A stretch of 64,000 bases of DNA from Thermoanaerobaculia bacterium (GTDB taxonomy: Bacteria; Acidobacteriota; Thermoanaerobaculia; UBA5066). The notes under the pieces were generated by a model. It did not search any database. It saw only the letters and a list, made by a program, of their open reading frames with translations, and was not told the DNA's origin. Position numbers and translations under genes: made by a program. This document shows positions 21,348-31,763 of the stretch, one piece after another. Positions within the stretch are counted from its first letter, which is position 1. Every line of letters begins with the position of its first letter. The stretch is taken from positions 192,001 through 256,000 of the forward strand of contig CAWFJJ010000008.1 in NCBI GenBank assembly GCA_963816185.1. The letters are read 5' to 3'.

Positions 21348-22001
21348 CTACGCCGTCCGGGCGACCCCCACGGGGCAGGAAACGCCCGTTCCGCCCAGGC
21401 CGCAGTATCCGTCGGGATTCTTCGCGAGGTATTGCTGGTGGTAGTCCTCGGCGTAGGTGAACTCGGGGGCCGGCAGGATCTCGGTCGTAATCGCGCCGTA
21501 GCCCGCTTCCGTGAGCTTCTCCTGGTACGCCTTCTTCGAAGCCTCGGCCGCCGCGCGCTGCATGTCGTCGAACGTATAAATGCCCGAGCGGTATTGCGTG
21601 CCCACGTCGTTGCCCTGTCGCATGCCCTGCGTCGGATCGTGGTTCTCCCAGAACGTCTTCAGAAGCTCGTCGTACGGGACGACGGCAGGATCGAAGACGA
21701 CGAGGACGACCTCGCTGTGTCCCGTGCGGCCCGTGCAGACTTCGCGATACGTGGGATTCGGCGTGACGCCCGCGGCGTAGCCCACGGCCGTCGTGAAGAC
21801 GCCGTCCTTTTGCCAGAACTTCTTCTCGGCTCCCCAGAAGCAGCCCATCCCGAAGAGTGCGCGCTGCATCCCTTGGGGAAAGGGGGGCTCGAGCGGACGG
21901 CCGTTGACGAAATGAGTCCTGGGCACGGGGGGCGGATTCTGCTCCTCGTCGGCGAAGAAGAAAAGAACCTTGTCGGGGGAAACCGAACGATCGTCCTGCA
22001 C
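21348..22001 (-). CDS. msrA: Peptide-methionine (S)-S-oxide reductase
   Basis: [33 protein letters not shown]. Confidence 0.96.
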   Translation of the reverse strand: MQDDRSVSPDKVLFFFADEEQNPPPVPRTHFVNGRPLEPPFPQGMQRALFGMGCFWGAEKKFWQKDGVFTTAVGYAAGVTPNPTYREVCTGRTGHSEVVLVVFDPAVVPYDELLKTFWENHDPTQGMRQGNDVGTQYRSGIYTFDDMQRAAAEASKKAYQEKLTEAGYGAITTEILPAPEFTYAEDYHQQYLAKNPDGYCGLGGTGVSCPVGVARTA

Positions 22002-22040
22002 GATTGACTCCCCGCGGGCAGCGTCCTAGATTGCCGGCAG

Positions 22041-22436
22041 ATGGCGATGGACGACAAGGTTCGCGCGTACCTGAGAGAGCTCGGCGCCGCGCTCAACGAG
22101 GCGGTCTCGTCGTCGGAGAAGGTGCACGAGATCCTCGGGAAGGTGAAGGCCGAGGGGTACGGCGTGTATCTCGTCCTCGATGCCACCGTCGCGCTCGAGA
22201 AACGCGGACGGCGCTCGTCGGCGGCCCTTCCGTCCATCCGACGCGGCTCGCTGCAGTCGTCCCGTGCCGCCGGGGATGGCGAGGGCGGCGCCGTCGAAAC
22301 GGCCGTCTTCCAGATCAACGTCAAAGATCTGAGCTTTCTGCGTTCGGTCGGCATCGATCCCACGCGGCCGATCCGCGCACGCCGCCGCCCGGCGGCGGCC
22401 GTCACTCTTCGGTCCACGGTCGCGAAAAGGGGCTGA
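22041..22436 (+). CDS. Hypothetical protein
   Basis: Typical codon usage; F.IN..DLSFLRS.GIDPT segment; directly upstream of rlmN. Confidence 0.7.
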   Translation: MAMDDKVRAYLRELGAALNEAVSSSEKVHEILGKVKAEGYGVYLVLDATVALEKRGRRSSAALPSIRRGSLQSSRAAGDGEGGAVETAVFQINVKDLSFLRSVGIDPTRPIRARRRPAAAVTLRSTVAKRG

Positions 22437-22456
22437 TTTCCCTTTTGTCTCCGGCT

Positions 22457-23539
22457 GTGCAGGACCTCCTCGGTCTCCCGCCCCTCGACGTCGCGCGGGC
22501 GGTGCGCGATGTGGCGCCGGAGTCGTTTCGCGCCGCGCAGATCTACAGTTGGATCTACGCACGCCGCGCTACGGACTTCGCGGAGATGACGAGCCTGCCG
22601 AAAGCGATGCGCGAGGAGCTCGCGAAGCGCTTCGTCATCGGTCTCCCGAAGGTCGTCGCGCGAACGCCTGCACCCGATGGGACGGAGAAATTCCTCTTCG
22701 AGCTCACGGACGGCGCGCGCATCGAGGCCGTTTACATCGTGGAGTCGAAGAAGACGCCTTCGTGGACGGACCCCGAAACGCCCGGCGCGTCCCGAATCAC
22801 GATTTGCGTATCCTCGCAGGCCGGCTGCGCAGTCGACTGCGCATTCTGCGTGACGGGACGAATGGGAGCCGGGCGCAATCTCACGGCGGGCGAGATCGTC
22901 GGGCAGTACCTCGCCATCGCGCGTGCGAAGGGCTTCGGCCCTCACGCCGCGAACCTCGTCTTCATGGGGATGGGGGAGCCGCTGTTGAACGTCTCTCAGG
23001 TGACGCGCGCCCTCGACCTTCTCGAAGGTGAGGTCTCCCCGAAGCGCACGACCGTCTCGACGGCGGGCGTCGTGCCCGGGATCGAGAGGCTCGCGGGCCG
23101 ACCGCGCCGCCCGAACCTCGCCGTGTCGCTCTCCGGGGCGGACGACGCGACACGCACGAAGCTCATGCCGATCAACCGCACGTATCCCCTCGCCGAGCTC
23201 TTCGCGGCGCTCAAGCGGTGGCCGCTCGAACGAGGGCGAAGGCTCACGTTCGAGTACGTCCTCATCGAGGGAGTCAACGACTCGACGGCCGATGCGGTGA
23301 AGCTCGCCGCGCTCGTGCGAGCGCTGCCCGCCAAGGTCAACCTCATTCCGCTGAACGAATCGAAGAAGTGGCTGCCGGGCCTGAAGCGGCCCTCGGACGC
23401 CACGGTGAATGCGTTCGCGAAGGCGGTCGCGGACGGCGGAGTCCCGGTGACGGTCCGCTGGTCGAAGGGCCTGCAGGCCGACGCGGCCTGCGGGCAGCTC
23501 AAGGGGCGTGAAGAGCCCCGGCGACCACGATCCCGGTGA
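22457..23539 (+). CDS. rlmN: Dual-specificity RNA methyltransferase RlmN
   Basis: CVSSQAGCAVDCAFC.TG, MGMGEP, KVNLIP.N, AACGQL. Confidence 0.95.
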   Translation: MQDLLGLPPLDVARAVRDVAPESFRAAQIYSWIYARRATDFAEMTSLPKAMREELAKRFVIGLPKVVARTPAPDGTEKFLFELTDGARIEAVYIVESKKTPSWTDPETPGASRITICVSSQAGCAVDCAFCVTGRMGAGRNLTAGEIVGQYLAIARAKGFGPHAANLVFMGMGEPLLNVSQVTRALDLLEGEVSPKRTTVSTAGVVPGIERLAGRPRRPNLAVSLSGADDATRTKLMPINRTYPLAELFAALKRWPLERGRRLTFEYVLIEGVNDSTADAVKLAALVRALPAKVNLIPLNESKKWLPGLKRPSDATVNAFAKAVADGGVPVTVRWSKGLQADAACGQLKGREEPRRPRSR

Positions 23540-24278
23540 GGATGCGTCCCGTCTGCGAGCCGTCACGCCGCCAGGACGGAAGGTCGGGTGTCGACGCCGT
23601 GCAGAGGCCCGACATCGTGATCCGATCCGCGCGCACCCCGCTCGCGCGGAGGGCCGCGGCATTGAACGCCGCGACGTCGACGGTGGCCCGGTCACCGGGT
23701 CCTGGGCGCACCGCCTCCTCCGGAACGGCGACGTCGCGGTATGCATCGTGGAGCGCCGCCACGACCTCGGGTCCGACTTCGTAGCGATCGCGCGAGATCG
23801 ATGGGCCGAACGCGGCACGGAGGCTCTTCGCCTCGACGCCACGTGCGGCGAGAGCGTCGAGCGCGGCGTCCAGGACGCGTGCGGCGGTGCCCCGCCAGCC
23901 GGCGTGGACGGCGGCGATCCAGCCGGTCACCGGGTCGGCGAGAACGATCGGCACGCAATCGGCTGACGCGACGAGGACGAGAACGTTTGGCTGGCAGGTG
24001 AGGACGGCGTCGCCCGTTCCGAGGACTCCGCTCCGGCGCTCACGCGCCGGTTCCTCGAAGGTGAGTGTGACGGCGCCATGAACCTGGTTCATGCGGACCA
24101 CTTCCGCATCCGGCGCGCCGAGCGCCTGGGCGAGGGCCCGCCCGGCGGCGTCGGGATCGAGAGAACGAGCCGACAACGCCCCTCGCGTGAATCCCGCCGC
24201 GAAGCCTGGGATGCCACCGAGCGAAAGCGGCTGAAAGGCGCCGGCCGATTTCGCGCGCGCCGCCGGTCGCCCTTCCAC
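23499..24278 (-). CDS. pgeF: PgeF/YfiH (purine nucleoside phosphorylase/laccase-domain) family protein
   Basis: QVHG, ADCVP, HAGWRG, GPSI...YEVG, SWRRDG. Confidence 0.88.
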   Translation of the reverse strand: MEGRPAARAKSAGAFQPLSLGGIPGFAAGFTRGALSARSLDPDAAGRALAQALGAPDAEVVRMNQVHGAVTLTFEEPARERRSGVLGTGDAVLTCQPNVLVLVASADCVPIVLADPVTGWIAAVHAGWRGTAARVLDAALDALAARGVEAKSLRAAFGPSISRDRYEVGPEVVAALHDAYRDVAVPEEAVRPGPGDRATVDVAAFNAAALRASGVRADRITMSGLCTASTPDLPSWRRDGSQTGRILTGIVVAGALHAP

Positions 24279-24347
24279 ACGCTCATTCTAAGAAATTCTT
24301 CGTCTTCTACTTTTCTTACTCTTCTCCCCCTCTAGAATCCTCGTGTC

Positions 24348-24968
24348 TTGAACCAGAAGGCGATGTCCGTCTTGCGGCTCCCGCGCGGGCTGCGCTCACC
24401 GATCGCGATCCAACGCTTCCTGGACGAGCTTCTCTACAACAAGGAAAAGGGAGGCGAGACGGCGCGCTCGCCGCGGCGCGTCCTCGAGACGCGCGAGGCG
24501 CATTGCTTCGAGGGCGCGCTCCTCGCGGCCGCGGCCCTGCGGCGCCTCGGGCACCCGCCCCTCGTCGTCCAATTGCGCTCGACCGTGCGGGACGACGACC
24601 ATGTGCTCGCACTCTTCCGAGAGCGGTCCAGGGCCGGCTGCTGGGGGGCCGTCGCGAAGTCGAACTACTCGGGCCTTCGCTTCCGTTCGCCCGTGTACCG
24701 CTCGCTCCGCGAGCTCGTCATGAGCTACTTCGACGTCTACTACAACCTCGAGGGCGAGAAGAGCCTGCGTGCCTTCGAGCGCCCCGTCGACCTCGCACGG
24801 TTCGACCGGCGCGGCTGGGAGACGGCCGAAGAGGACCTCTGGGACGTGAGCGCGTACCTGGCGACGCGGCGCTTCACTCTCATTCTCACGCGCGCCCAGG
24901 TCCGGGCGCTCACGCCGATGGACCGGCGCCTTTACGACGCCGGTCTCCTGGGGATGGCGTTCGCGTAA
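24348..24968 (+). CDS. Hypothetical protein, possible transglutaminase-like fold
   Basis: HCFEGA and DDHVLA motifs; start uncertain. Confidence 0.65.
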   Translation: MNQKAMSVLRLPRGLRSPIAIQRFLDELLYNKEKGGETARSPRRVLETREAHCFEGALLAAAALRRLGHPPLVVQLRSTVRDDDHVLALFRERSRAGCWGAVAKSNYSGLRFRSPVYRSLRELVMSYFDVYYNLEGEKSLRAFERPVDLARFDRRGWETAEEDLWDVSAYLATRRFTLILTRAQVRALTPMDRRLYDAGLLGMAFA

Positions 24969-26344
24969 TACCGCAGCAGCGGCAGCTCGGCGGTAATCGC
25001 CCGGAAGAGCCCGTTCTCCGCGGTCACGAGGTGTCGTTGCAGGAGCGTCCTGAGCCCGAACGTGACGGCATAGTCCTGATCGCCGCGCGGCACGTAGACC
25101 TGCGCGCCAGCCTTCTCGAGTTCCCGCCAGCGGGCGAGGGCCTCGGCCTTGAGCTCGATCTCGCTCTGGGCGCGGCCCGGCTCCGCCAGAAAGACCGCGG
25201 AGACGAGCGAGACGGGCAGCACCGGAATGATCCGCGCGATTCGCGCCATCAATTCCTCGGCAAGCGCCAGCACGGCCGTGAAGCGCTCCTCGCGGGAGAT
25301 GGCCGAAAGATCGAGCGATCGGGACGCGAGCCACGCTTTCGTCGAGACGGGCGTTCCGAAGCTCACGCAGGCGTAGCCGAAACGGTGCCAGTCGTTCGTT
25401 GCGAGAAGGCGAAGGTTCTGCCCCAGAAAGCGCAACGTTCCGCCGATCGTCTCGAACACCGACGCCCGGCCCTGCGCGGGAGACCGATCCAGCAGGAGCG
25501 TGCGATCCTCGAGGACGCGGTCATAGTTCACGCCGACCGGGACGAAGACGAGGTCCCTCGTCCCGCTCGGGTCGAAGCCCCGGATCATGTAGTCGAGGAG
25601 CCCGAGCCTCGGAGGACGGAGCGCGCCGTCCCGCGTGAGCCCTCCCTCCGGATACACGGCCTGCGGAACGCCGTGCGCGGTCGCCATCGCGACGTAGCGC
25701 TCGAGAACGCGCCGATAGAGGGGGTCGTTCGCGTCGCGGCGCACGAAATAGGCGCCGGTGGCCCGGACGAGGCTCTGCACCGGCCAGATGCGCGCCCACT
25801 CGCCGACCGCATAGCTCAGGGCCGTACGCTCGGCCGCGAGGTACGACAGGAGGATGTAGTCCATGTTGCTCCGGTGGTTCATCACGAAGACCACCGCCGA
25901 CCCGTCGGGAATCGCCGCGAGACCCGCGTCGTCGGCCGAGCCGATCCGCACGCGATACAGCGTTCGCGCGAGGGCGCGCGCCGCCGCGTAACCCGCGCGG
26001 AAATAGATCCACGCGTTGAACGCCGGGACGATCTCCACCGCGTAACGCGCAACGCGTTTCTGGACCTCCTCGCGCGGCGTGCCCGTCTCGCGGGCGAAGG
26101 CTTCGGCGGCCTCGAGGACCTTCGGATCGAAGCGCAGCTGCTCCACGAGAACCTCGCGCTTCGTGAGCTTGAAGGAGGGGATTCTGAGCGGCAGGCGTCT
26201 GTTCAGCTCGTCGATCACGCGGTTTGCCCGGCGCCGCAGCACGGCGCGAAGCGCAGGCCTCAGAAGGCGATCGAACACCGCCCAGCCCGCCAGGGCGACG
26301 AGCAGGACGAGAGCCCAGGCCGGGAGGGAGACCGTGGCGTACAT
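24932..26344 (-). CDS. Glycerol-3-phosphate acyltransferase-like (PlsB/PlsC superfamily)
   Basis: NHRSNMD, YFVRR, YPEGG, VPVGVNYDRVLE. Confidence 0.88.
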   Translation of the reverse strand: MYATVSLPAWALVLLVALAGWAVFDRLLRPALRAVLRRRANRVIDELNRRLPLRIPSFKLTKREVLVEQLRFDPKVLEAAEAFARETGTPREEVQKRVARYAVEIVPAFNAWIYFRAGYAAARALARTLYRVRIGSADDAGLAAIPDGSAVVFVMNHRSNMDYILLSYLAAERTALSYAVGEWARIWPVQSLVRATGAYFVRRDANDPLYRRVLERYVAMATAHGVPQAVYPEGGLTRDGALRPPRLGLLDYMIRGFDPSGTRDLVFVPVGVNYDRVLEDRTLLLDRSPAQGRASVFETIGGTLRFLGQNLRLLATNDWHRFGYACVSFGTPVSTKAWLASRSLDLSAISREERFTAVLALAEELMARIARIIPVLPVSLVSAVFLAEPGRAQSEIELKAEALARWRELEKAGAQVYVPRGDQDYAVTFGLRTLLQRHLVTAENGLFRAITAELPLLRYYANAIPRRPAS

Positions 26345-26400
26345 GGTGCGGGGAGAGTGTCGATTGTGTCAGAGAGCCCGAGTCGCGGTCTAATCGGCCC

Positions 26401-27474
26401 ATGAAGGCGATTGTGGCCGCCAGTGGGTTCGCGCTGGCCGTGGCGCTCGGTGTCCGCGCACAGATCGTCCCGCCGGCTCCCGTGCAGGGCGACGCCATCC
26501 TCCGTGACTTCCGTTTCGCGAGCGGCGAAACCCTTCCCGAGCTGAAGCTGCACTACGTCACGCTCGGGCGAAAGCTCGACGACGGAAGGGGACGCACGGT
26601 CAATGCCGTCCTCGTGCTTCACGGAACCGGCGGGTCCTCGGCGCAGTTTCTCGGGCCGAGATTCGCGGGCGTTCTCTTCGGGCCCGGACAGCCGCTCGAC
26701 GCATCCCGTACCTTCATCGTGATTCCGGACAGCCTGGGCCACGGCGGCTCGTCGAAGCCGAGCGACGGCCTGAGAGCGAAGTTTCCGCGCTACACGTACG
26801 ACGACATGGTGAGCGCCCAGCACCGGCTCCTCACGGAGAGCCTCGGCGTGAGCCATCTGCGCCTCGTGATCGGGACGTCGATGGGCGGCATGCAAACCTG
26901 GATCTGGGGCGAGACGCATCCCGACTTCATGGACGCCCTGATGCCTCTCGCGAGCCTTCCGACTGCGATCGCGGGGCGGAACCGGATGTGGCGGAAGATG
27001 GCGATGGACTTGATTCGCGAGGATCCCGATTGGAAGGGAGGCGACTACGCAGCGCAGCCGCGCGGGTTCAGGGGCGCGCTCGCGCTCATGCTCGTCCTCT
27101 CGGGAAGCCCCCTCGAGTGGATGCGGGAGGCGCCCGACCGCGCGGCTGCGGACGCGGCCGTCCAGGCGTACATGGCGGAACGCCTCCCGAAGACGGACGC
27201 GAACGACCTCTTGTTCGCCCTCGACGCCTCACGCGACTACGACCCGTCAACGAACCTCGAGAAAATCCAGGTGCCTCTTCTCGCCCTCAACTTCGCAGAC
27301 GACGCGATCAACCCGCCTGAGCTCGGCCTACTCGAAAAGGGAGTCGCCCGAGTGAAGAACGCCCAGGCCGTCGTCTTTCCGCTGTCGGAGAAGACGCACG
27401 GCCATCAGACGCACACTTGGGCCGATCTATGGAAGACCTATCTCACCGAGCTGCTCGTCAGATCGAAGAGGTGA
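26401..27474 (+). CDS. Exported homoserine O-acetyltransferase-like alpha/beta hydrolase
   Basis: F.SGETL..L.L.Y.TLG, GTSMGGM, D...NPP, GH; signal peptide. Confidence 0.85.
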   Translation: MKAIVAASGFALAVALGVRAQIVPPAPVQGDAILRDFRFASGETLPELKLHYVTLGRKLDDGRGRTVNAVLVLHGTGGSSAQFLGPRFAGVLFGPGQPLDASRTFIVIPDSLGHGGSSKPSDGLRAKFPRYTYDDMVSAQHRLLTESLGVSHLRLVIGTSMGGMQTWIWGETHPDFMDALMPLASLPTAIAGRNRMWRKMAMDLIREDPDWKGGDYAAQPRGFRGALALMLVLSGSPLEWMREAPDRAAADAAVQAYMAERLPKTDANDLLFALDASRDYDPSTNLEKIQVPLLALNFADDAINPPELGLLEKGVARVKNAQAVVFPLSEKTHGHQTHTWADLWKTYLTELLVRSKR

Positions 27475-27488
27475 AGGAAGGAGAATCG

Positions 27489-27743
27489 ATGGGAGAGTCC
27501 GATCTGCGCGTGAAGATCGTCCGCTACCTCGAAACGAGTGTGGAAGGAGACCTCCTTCGAAGCGTCGGCATGATCGCCGAGGCGATCGGGGCCGAGCGAG
27601 ATACCGTCCAGGAGCTCGTCCGCGACCTGGTGAAGAAGGGCGAGGTCTTCGAGCCCATTCCGCGGCGGTATCTCCGTCGCGAGCGCCGGACGAGCGGTTC
27701 CTTCGCCAAACACGACCCCGAAAGACGCCAAGTGCGAAGGTAG
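27489..27743 (+). CDS. Small winged-HTH-like protein
   Basis: AAGGAG RBS; IAEAIGAERDTVQELVRDLVKKGEV pattern. Confidence 0.6.
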   Translation: MGESDLRVKIVRYLETSVEGDLLRSVGMIAEAIGAERDTVQELVRDLVKKGEVFEPIPRRYLRRERRTSGSFAKHDPERRQVRR

Positions 27744-27778
27744 GCGGACCTCGAAGAGGCGGGTTGCGCGGGCAGGGC

Positions 27779-29011
27779 TCAGCCGCCGACGCCGAGACAA
27801 CGCGCGACGCGTGTGACGCCCTCGCGGAAAACCTCCGGACCCGGCAGGAGGCTGACGACGAGGAACGCCTCGAAAGGGAATTCGAAGAAGTAGCCGGGCT
27901 GTGCGAGAACGTCGTGCGATTCGAGGAGGTCGAGGACGAGATCCTCCTCGGGGCGAACGGCCGGCACGCGCAGGCACGCCGTCCACCCCGCCGGAACGGG
28001 GAGGACGGTCACCGGGCCGCCCTCGGGGAAGCTCGCCCGGAGCACGCGCTCGTTGTGAAGCACGCGGGCCCAGATGGCGTCGACGGTGCCGCGCGCATGC
28101 CCGAGAAGCCTCGGAAGGGCGACCTGCACCGGCGTCGAGACCGAGAGGTAGGCGTCCGCGATCCACTCGAGGCGCTCGAGCGCGTCGTCGAGGAGGCCTG
28201 CGGGGCCGTTCGCGAAGATCCATCCGAGCTTGAGCTGCGGAAGGGCCGCCGATTTCGAAAGCCCGCCGAGCGAGAAGACGAGAGCGCCCTGCGTATCTTT
28301 CGCCGAGGCGGCGATGCGCACGTCACGGGGCCGGTCGGTGTAGCGGAAATCGACGAAGACCTCGTCTGAGATCACGGAGAACCGCCGCTCTTTCGCGAGC
28401 GAGAGGAGCGTCGAGAGCTCGGCCTCCGCGAATGACGTCCCCGTGGGGTTGTTCGGATTCACCAGGACCACGGCCGCGACCCGGCGGCCGTCGGCTTCTA
28501 CGCGCTGAACCTCGGCCTCGACGGCCGATGCGTGAAACGCGAAACCGTCCTCGGCCGCGAGCGCGTATCGATGCAGCGTCAAGGACTCCAGCTCCGCAAG
28601 GGCGTCGAGAAGCGGATACGAGGGCGCCGGCACGAGCACGACGTCGCCCGGATCCCCGGCGAGCTTGAAAAGCCAGCCGTAGGCCTCGCTCGAGGAGGCC
28701 GCCAGAACGATCTGTCCCGGAGGCACGAGCACGCCGTGTACCGCCGCGTAATAGTTGGCGACCGCCGTCCGCGCCGAGAGAATTCCTTTCGGGTCGGGCG
28801 TGTAGACGAGACCTCGTTCGTCGGCGAGGGCCGCGAGCACGCGCGCATCCCTGCCGGACCCGGCGCCGTCGAAGAGGTCGGCCTCGCCCGAGCGGAGTGC
28901 AACCGAGGTGGGGTTCGTCACCGTCAGGTCGAGAAACGGGCGGGCGCGGGCCGCCAGCGCCTGCGCCAGGCGGTTCACCTCGTGAGGTGCGGGGGTCCGG
29001 CGCGAGAACAC
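27779..29011 (-). CDS. PLP-dependent aminotransferase class I/II
   Basis: VNPNNPTG, SDEVF, GGLSK, KLGW. Confidence 0.92.
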   Translation of the reverse strand: MFSRRTPAPHEVNRLAQALAARARPFLDLTVTNPTSVALRSGEADLFDGAGSGRDARVLAALADERGLVYTPDPKGILSARTAVANYYAAVHGVLVPPGQIVLAASSSEAYGWLFKLAGDPGDVVLVPAPSYPLLDALAELESLTLHRYALAAEDGFAFHASAVEAEVQRVEADGRRVAAVVLVNPNNPTGTSFAEAELSTLLSLAKERRFSVISDEVFVDFRYTDRPRDVRIAASAKDTQGALVFSLGGLSKSAALPQLKLGWIFANGPAGLLDDALERLEWIADAYLSVSTPVQVALPRLLGHARGTVDAIWARVLHNERVLRASFPEGGPVTVLPVPAGWTACLRVPAVRPEEDLVLDLLESHDVLAQPGYFFEFPFEAFLVVSLLPGPEVFREGVTRVARCLGVGG

Positions 29012-29027
29012 GACTGGGCGCTTCCTT

Positions 29028-31133
29028 TCAGCGTCCCGATACGAGGTCCTCGGGCTTCCATGGCGAGGCCGCGCCTCCGAGGGTGCGGTGGAACCAGTCG
29101 AGATGCGCGGCGTAGTAGAGGCCCATCTCGAACGCGTTCGGCCAGTGGCCGGCCTTCTCGAAGACGATGAGACGCGACGGGACTCCGCGCCTCTGCAGGT
29201 CCGTGAAGAACTCGAGGGATTGCGTATAGGGCACGCGGAAGTCCTTCTCGCCCGTGATCACGAGGCACGGCGTCTTGAAGTCCTTGACGGAGCCCGACGG
29301 GGTTTGCGCATGGTAGAGGGCCGCGTTCTCCCACGGCGCCCCCTTGAGATCCCACGCCGGGAACCAGACCTCTTCCGTCGAGGAGTACATCGCGCGCAGG
29401 TCGTAGACGCCCATCATCGAGGCGAGCGCCTTGAATCTCGTCGTGTGGCCTTCGAGCCACATGATCGCGTAACCGCCCCACGACCAGCCCATCGCACCCA
29501 TGCGGTCCTTGTCGACGTAGGGCAGCTTCCCGAGGACGTCTGCGACCTTCTCGATGTCGGTCATGACCTTGCCGGTCCAGTCGCCCGAGATGGCGGACGT
29601 GTAGGCCTGCCCGAATCCCGTCGAGCCGTGGGGATTCGGGAACGCCACGACGTAACCGGCACCGGGATAGACCTGCCAGTCTCCCCGGTACGCGTCCGCC
29701 CACTGCTGCTGCGGGCCGCCGTGGATGTTCAGGATGAGCGGGTACTTCTTCGCCGGATCGAAGCCGTGGGGTTTCACGATCCAAACCTGCACACTCTTGC
29801 CGTCGGCGCCCGCGACGGTCATCTCCTCGCCGGGACGAAAGTCCACTTCCTGCTCGAGCGCGGCGTTGTGCGTCGTGAGGCGTCGTCCGGTCTCGTCCGC
29901 TCCTTTCATGAGAGAGAGCCGAAACAGCTCGAACGGGCTTCCGATGCGGCGGCGGGCCACGGCGGTCCACGTGCCGTCGGGGGCGATCGCCACGCTGTCG
30001 AGGAGGCCGATCGACGAGATCGTGCGGATCGTCCCGGTCGCGACGTTCGCTTCGTAGAGCGGCGTGCGCCCTTTCACGTCGGCCGTGAAGAAGACCCGCG
30101 ACCCGTCCTTCGAAAAGGCAAAGTCCCGGAGCGTGTCGTCGAAGGCCGCGGTCAGGTCGCGAAGGGCGCCGGATTTCCGGTCGAGCAGCATCAGCCTCAG
30201 GCGGTCGGACTCGTACCGCGGCGTCGTCTGCCTCAGGAACGCGAGATATCGGCCGTCCGGCGAATAGCGGGGCGAGCCGTCGAAGCCCGCGTTCGTAACG
30301 GTGAGGTTCTTCGGGGACTCGAGGTCGGCGACGCCGCCGGAAACCGGAACCGTGAAGACGTCGGCATTCGTCGAGAGGGCGGGATCGGCGTCCCGATTGG
30401 AGGAGAAGGCGAGCTCCGCTCCGTCGGGAGAGAGGTCGAAGCCGTGCCCGCCACCCAGCTCGAAGACCGGCGATTCGAAGTCGCCGGGCGTGAGGTCCCG
30501 CAGGGATTTCTTCGGATCCGTCTCCCTGAGGTCGAGAACCAGGACGTGCGCGCGCTTACCCTCCCTCCATTCCGTCCAGTGCCGGTAGAGAAGCGCGTCG
30601 GCGAGGTGGGCTTTCAGCTTGTTCTTCTCGCGAGCCTCGGTGCCCGTCCGGTTGCACGCGACGTCCGCGCCGCAATCGGGAAAGACGTCCGCGGAAAAGA
30701 CGAGAAGCCGGCCGTCCTTGGAGAACGCGGGACTCTCGACGCCTCCGGGAAAGAAGGTCCTCTGCTCCGGCTCGCCGCCTGCGAGCGGCAGGAAGAAGAC
30801 CTGCGGGTCGCCGGTGCGGGTCGAGACGAACCCGAGCGTCCGGCCGTCGGGCGAGAAGAACGGATGTTCGTCGCTCGCTCCCGAGAACGTGAGAGGACGA
30901 GCGTTCTTTCCATCGGCATCGATTCGCCAGAGCGCGACGGTCCTCTTCTTCGTCGCCCAATCGTTCGTGGTCACGCTGTAAACAACGGTCTTCCCGTCGG
31001 GGGAGATCGCGGGCTCGCCGACGGTCTTGACGCGGTAGAGGTCCTCGAGCGTGAAAGCGCGGCGCGAGTCGGCCGCCGAAGCGGTGAACGGGCAGAGAAG
31101 GAGGAGAAGGAGGGCGCGGGGGCGAGTCGTCAT
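29028..31133 (-). CDS. Exported S9-family peptidase with WD40/PD40 propeller
   Basis: IHGGP, NPHGSTGFGQ, GWSWGG, DFRVP, GHW. Confidence 0.93.
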   Translation of the reverse strand: MTTRPRALLLLLLCPFTASAADSRRAFTLEDLYRVKTVGEPAISPDGKTVVYSVTTNDWATKKRTVALWRIDADGKNARPLTFSGASDEHPFFSPDGRTLGFVSTRTGDPQVFFLPLAGGEPEQRTFFPGGVESPAFSKDGRLLVFSADVFPDCGADVACNRTGTEAREKNKLKAHLADALLYRHWTEWREGKRAHVLVLDLRETDPKKSLRDLTPGDFESPVFELGGGHGFDLSPDGAELAFSSNRDADPALSTNADVFTVPVSGGVADLESPKNLTVTNAGFDGSPRYSPDGRYLAFLRQTTPRYESDRLRLMLLDRKSGALRDLTAAFDDTLRDFAFSKDGSRVFFTADVKGRTPLYEANVATGTIRTISSIGLLDSVAIAPDGTWTAVARRRIGSPFELFRLSLMKGADETGRRLTTHNAALEQEVDFRPGEEMTVAGADGKSVQVWIVKPHGFDPAKKYPLILNIHGGPQQQWADAYRGDWQVYPGAGYVVAFPNPHGSTGFGQAYTSAISGDWTGKVMTDIEKVADVLGKLPYVDKDRMGAMGWSWGGYAIMWLEGHTTRFKALASMMGVYDLRAMYSSTEEVWFPAWDLKGAPWENAALYHAQTPSGSVKDFKTPCLVITGEKDFRVPYTQSLEFFTDLQRRGVPSRLIVFEKAGHWPNAFEMGLYYAAHLDWFHRTLGGAASPWKPEDLVSGR

Positions 31134-31182
31134 GCCCCGAGTCTATCGGGGAGCCCGGCCGTCCTCCGCGCCCCGCGTCGCC

Positions 31183-31676
31183 TCAGCTCGTGAGGCCGTC
31201 CTTCTTTTGCAGGATCTCGTTCAGGAACCAGCGATTCTTCTGGTGGGTCTGGACGAGGCGCGTGTAGAGGTCCGCCGTGCCGATGTCGCCGGCCTCGGCC
31301 GCGACTTCCGTGTCCGCGTGCATCTCCTCGATGATGACGTCGAGCGTGGCGCGCGCCTCCGCGATCATTTCGTCGAGCGAAAGCTTGCCCTTCGACGGCT
31401 TCACGCTCGCGCTCGGGAGATAGTCTGCGGGGTCGCCCAGCGGCGCGCCGCCGACCATGATGGAGCGTTCGGCGAACTCGTCGATCGTCGCGTACACGAG
31501 CGTCGCTTGCTCGTCGAGGAGCAGGTGGATGTCACGGAACAGCGGCCCGTAGCTGAGCCAGTGATACTTCTTGTAATTGAGATAGGCGACGAGCGCGTTC
31601 GCCTGCTGCCGTTGAAGCGTCGCAACGACCCTCGCCGCGCCCTTGTGCCTTTTTCCTTCTTGTCCTTCTTGGCCAT
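31183..31676 (-). CDS. dps: Dps/ferritin-like DNA-protection protein; frameshift near 31645
   Basis: KKYHWLSYGPLFRDIHLLLDE, DEFAER, DIGTADL, HQKNRWFL; GAGGAGG RBS before ATG 31676. Confidence 0.88.
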
Positions 31677-31692
31677 ATGCCTCCTCGAGTAA

Positions 31693-31709
31693 TTTAGACT
31701 AAGTCTAAA
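31693..31709. promoter_or_regulatory. Perfect palindromic operator upstream of dps (Fur-family Irr/PerR-like)
   Basis: TTTAGACT-A-AGTCTAAA, 16 nt from the dps start codon. Confidence 0.75.
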
Positions 31710-31763
31710 CTAAGTGCAAGGCATTTATGCCCCTCGAAGAGGGTCAGGCGTCGTTCTTGTTTC

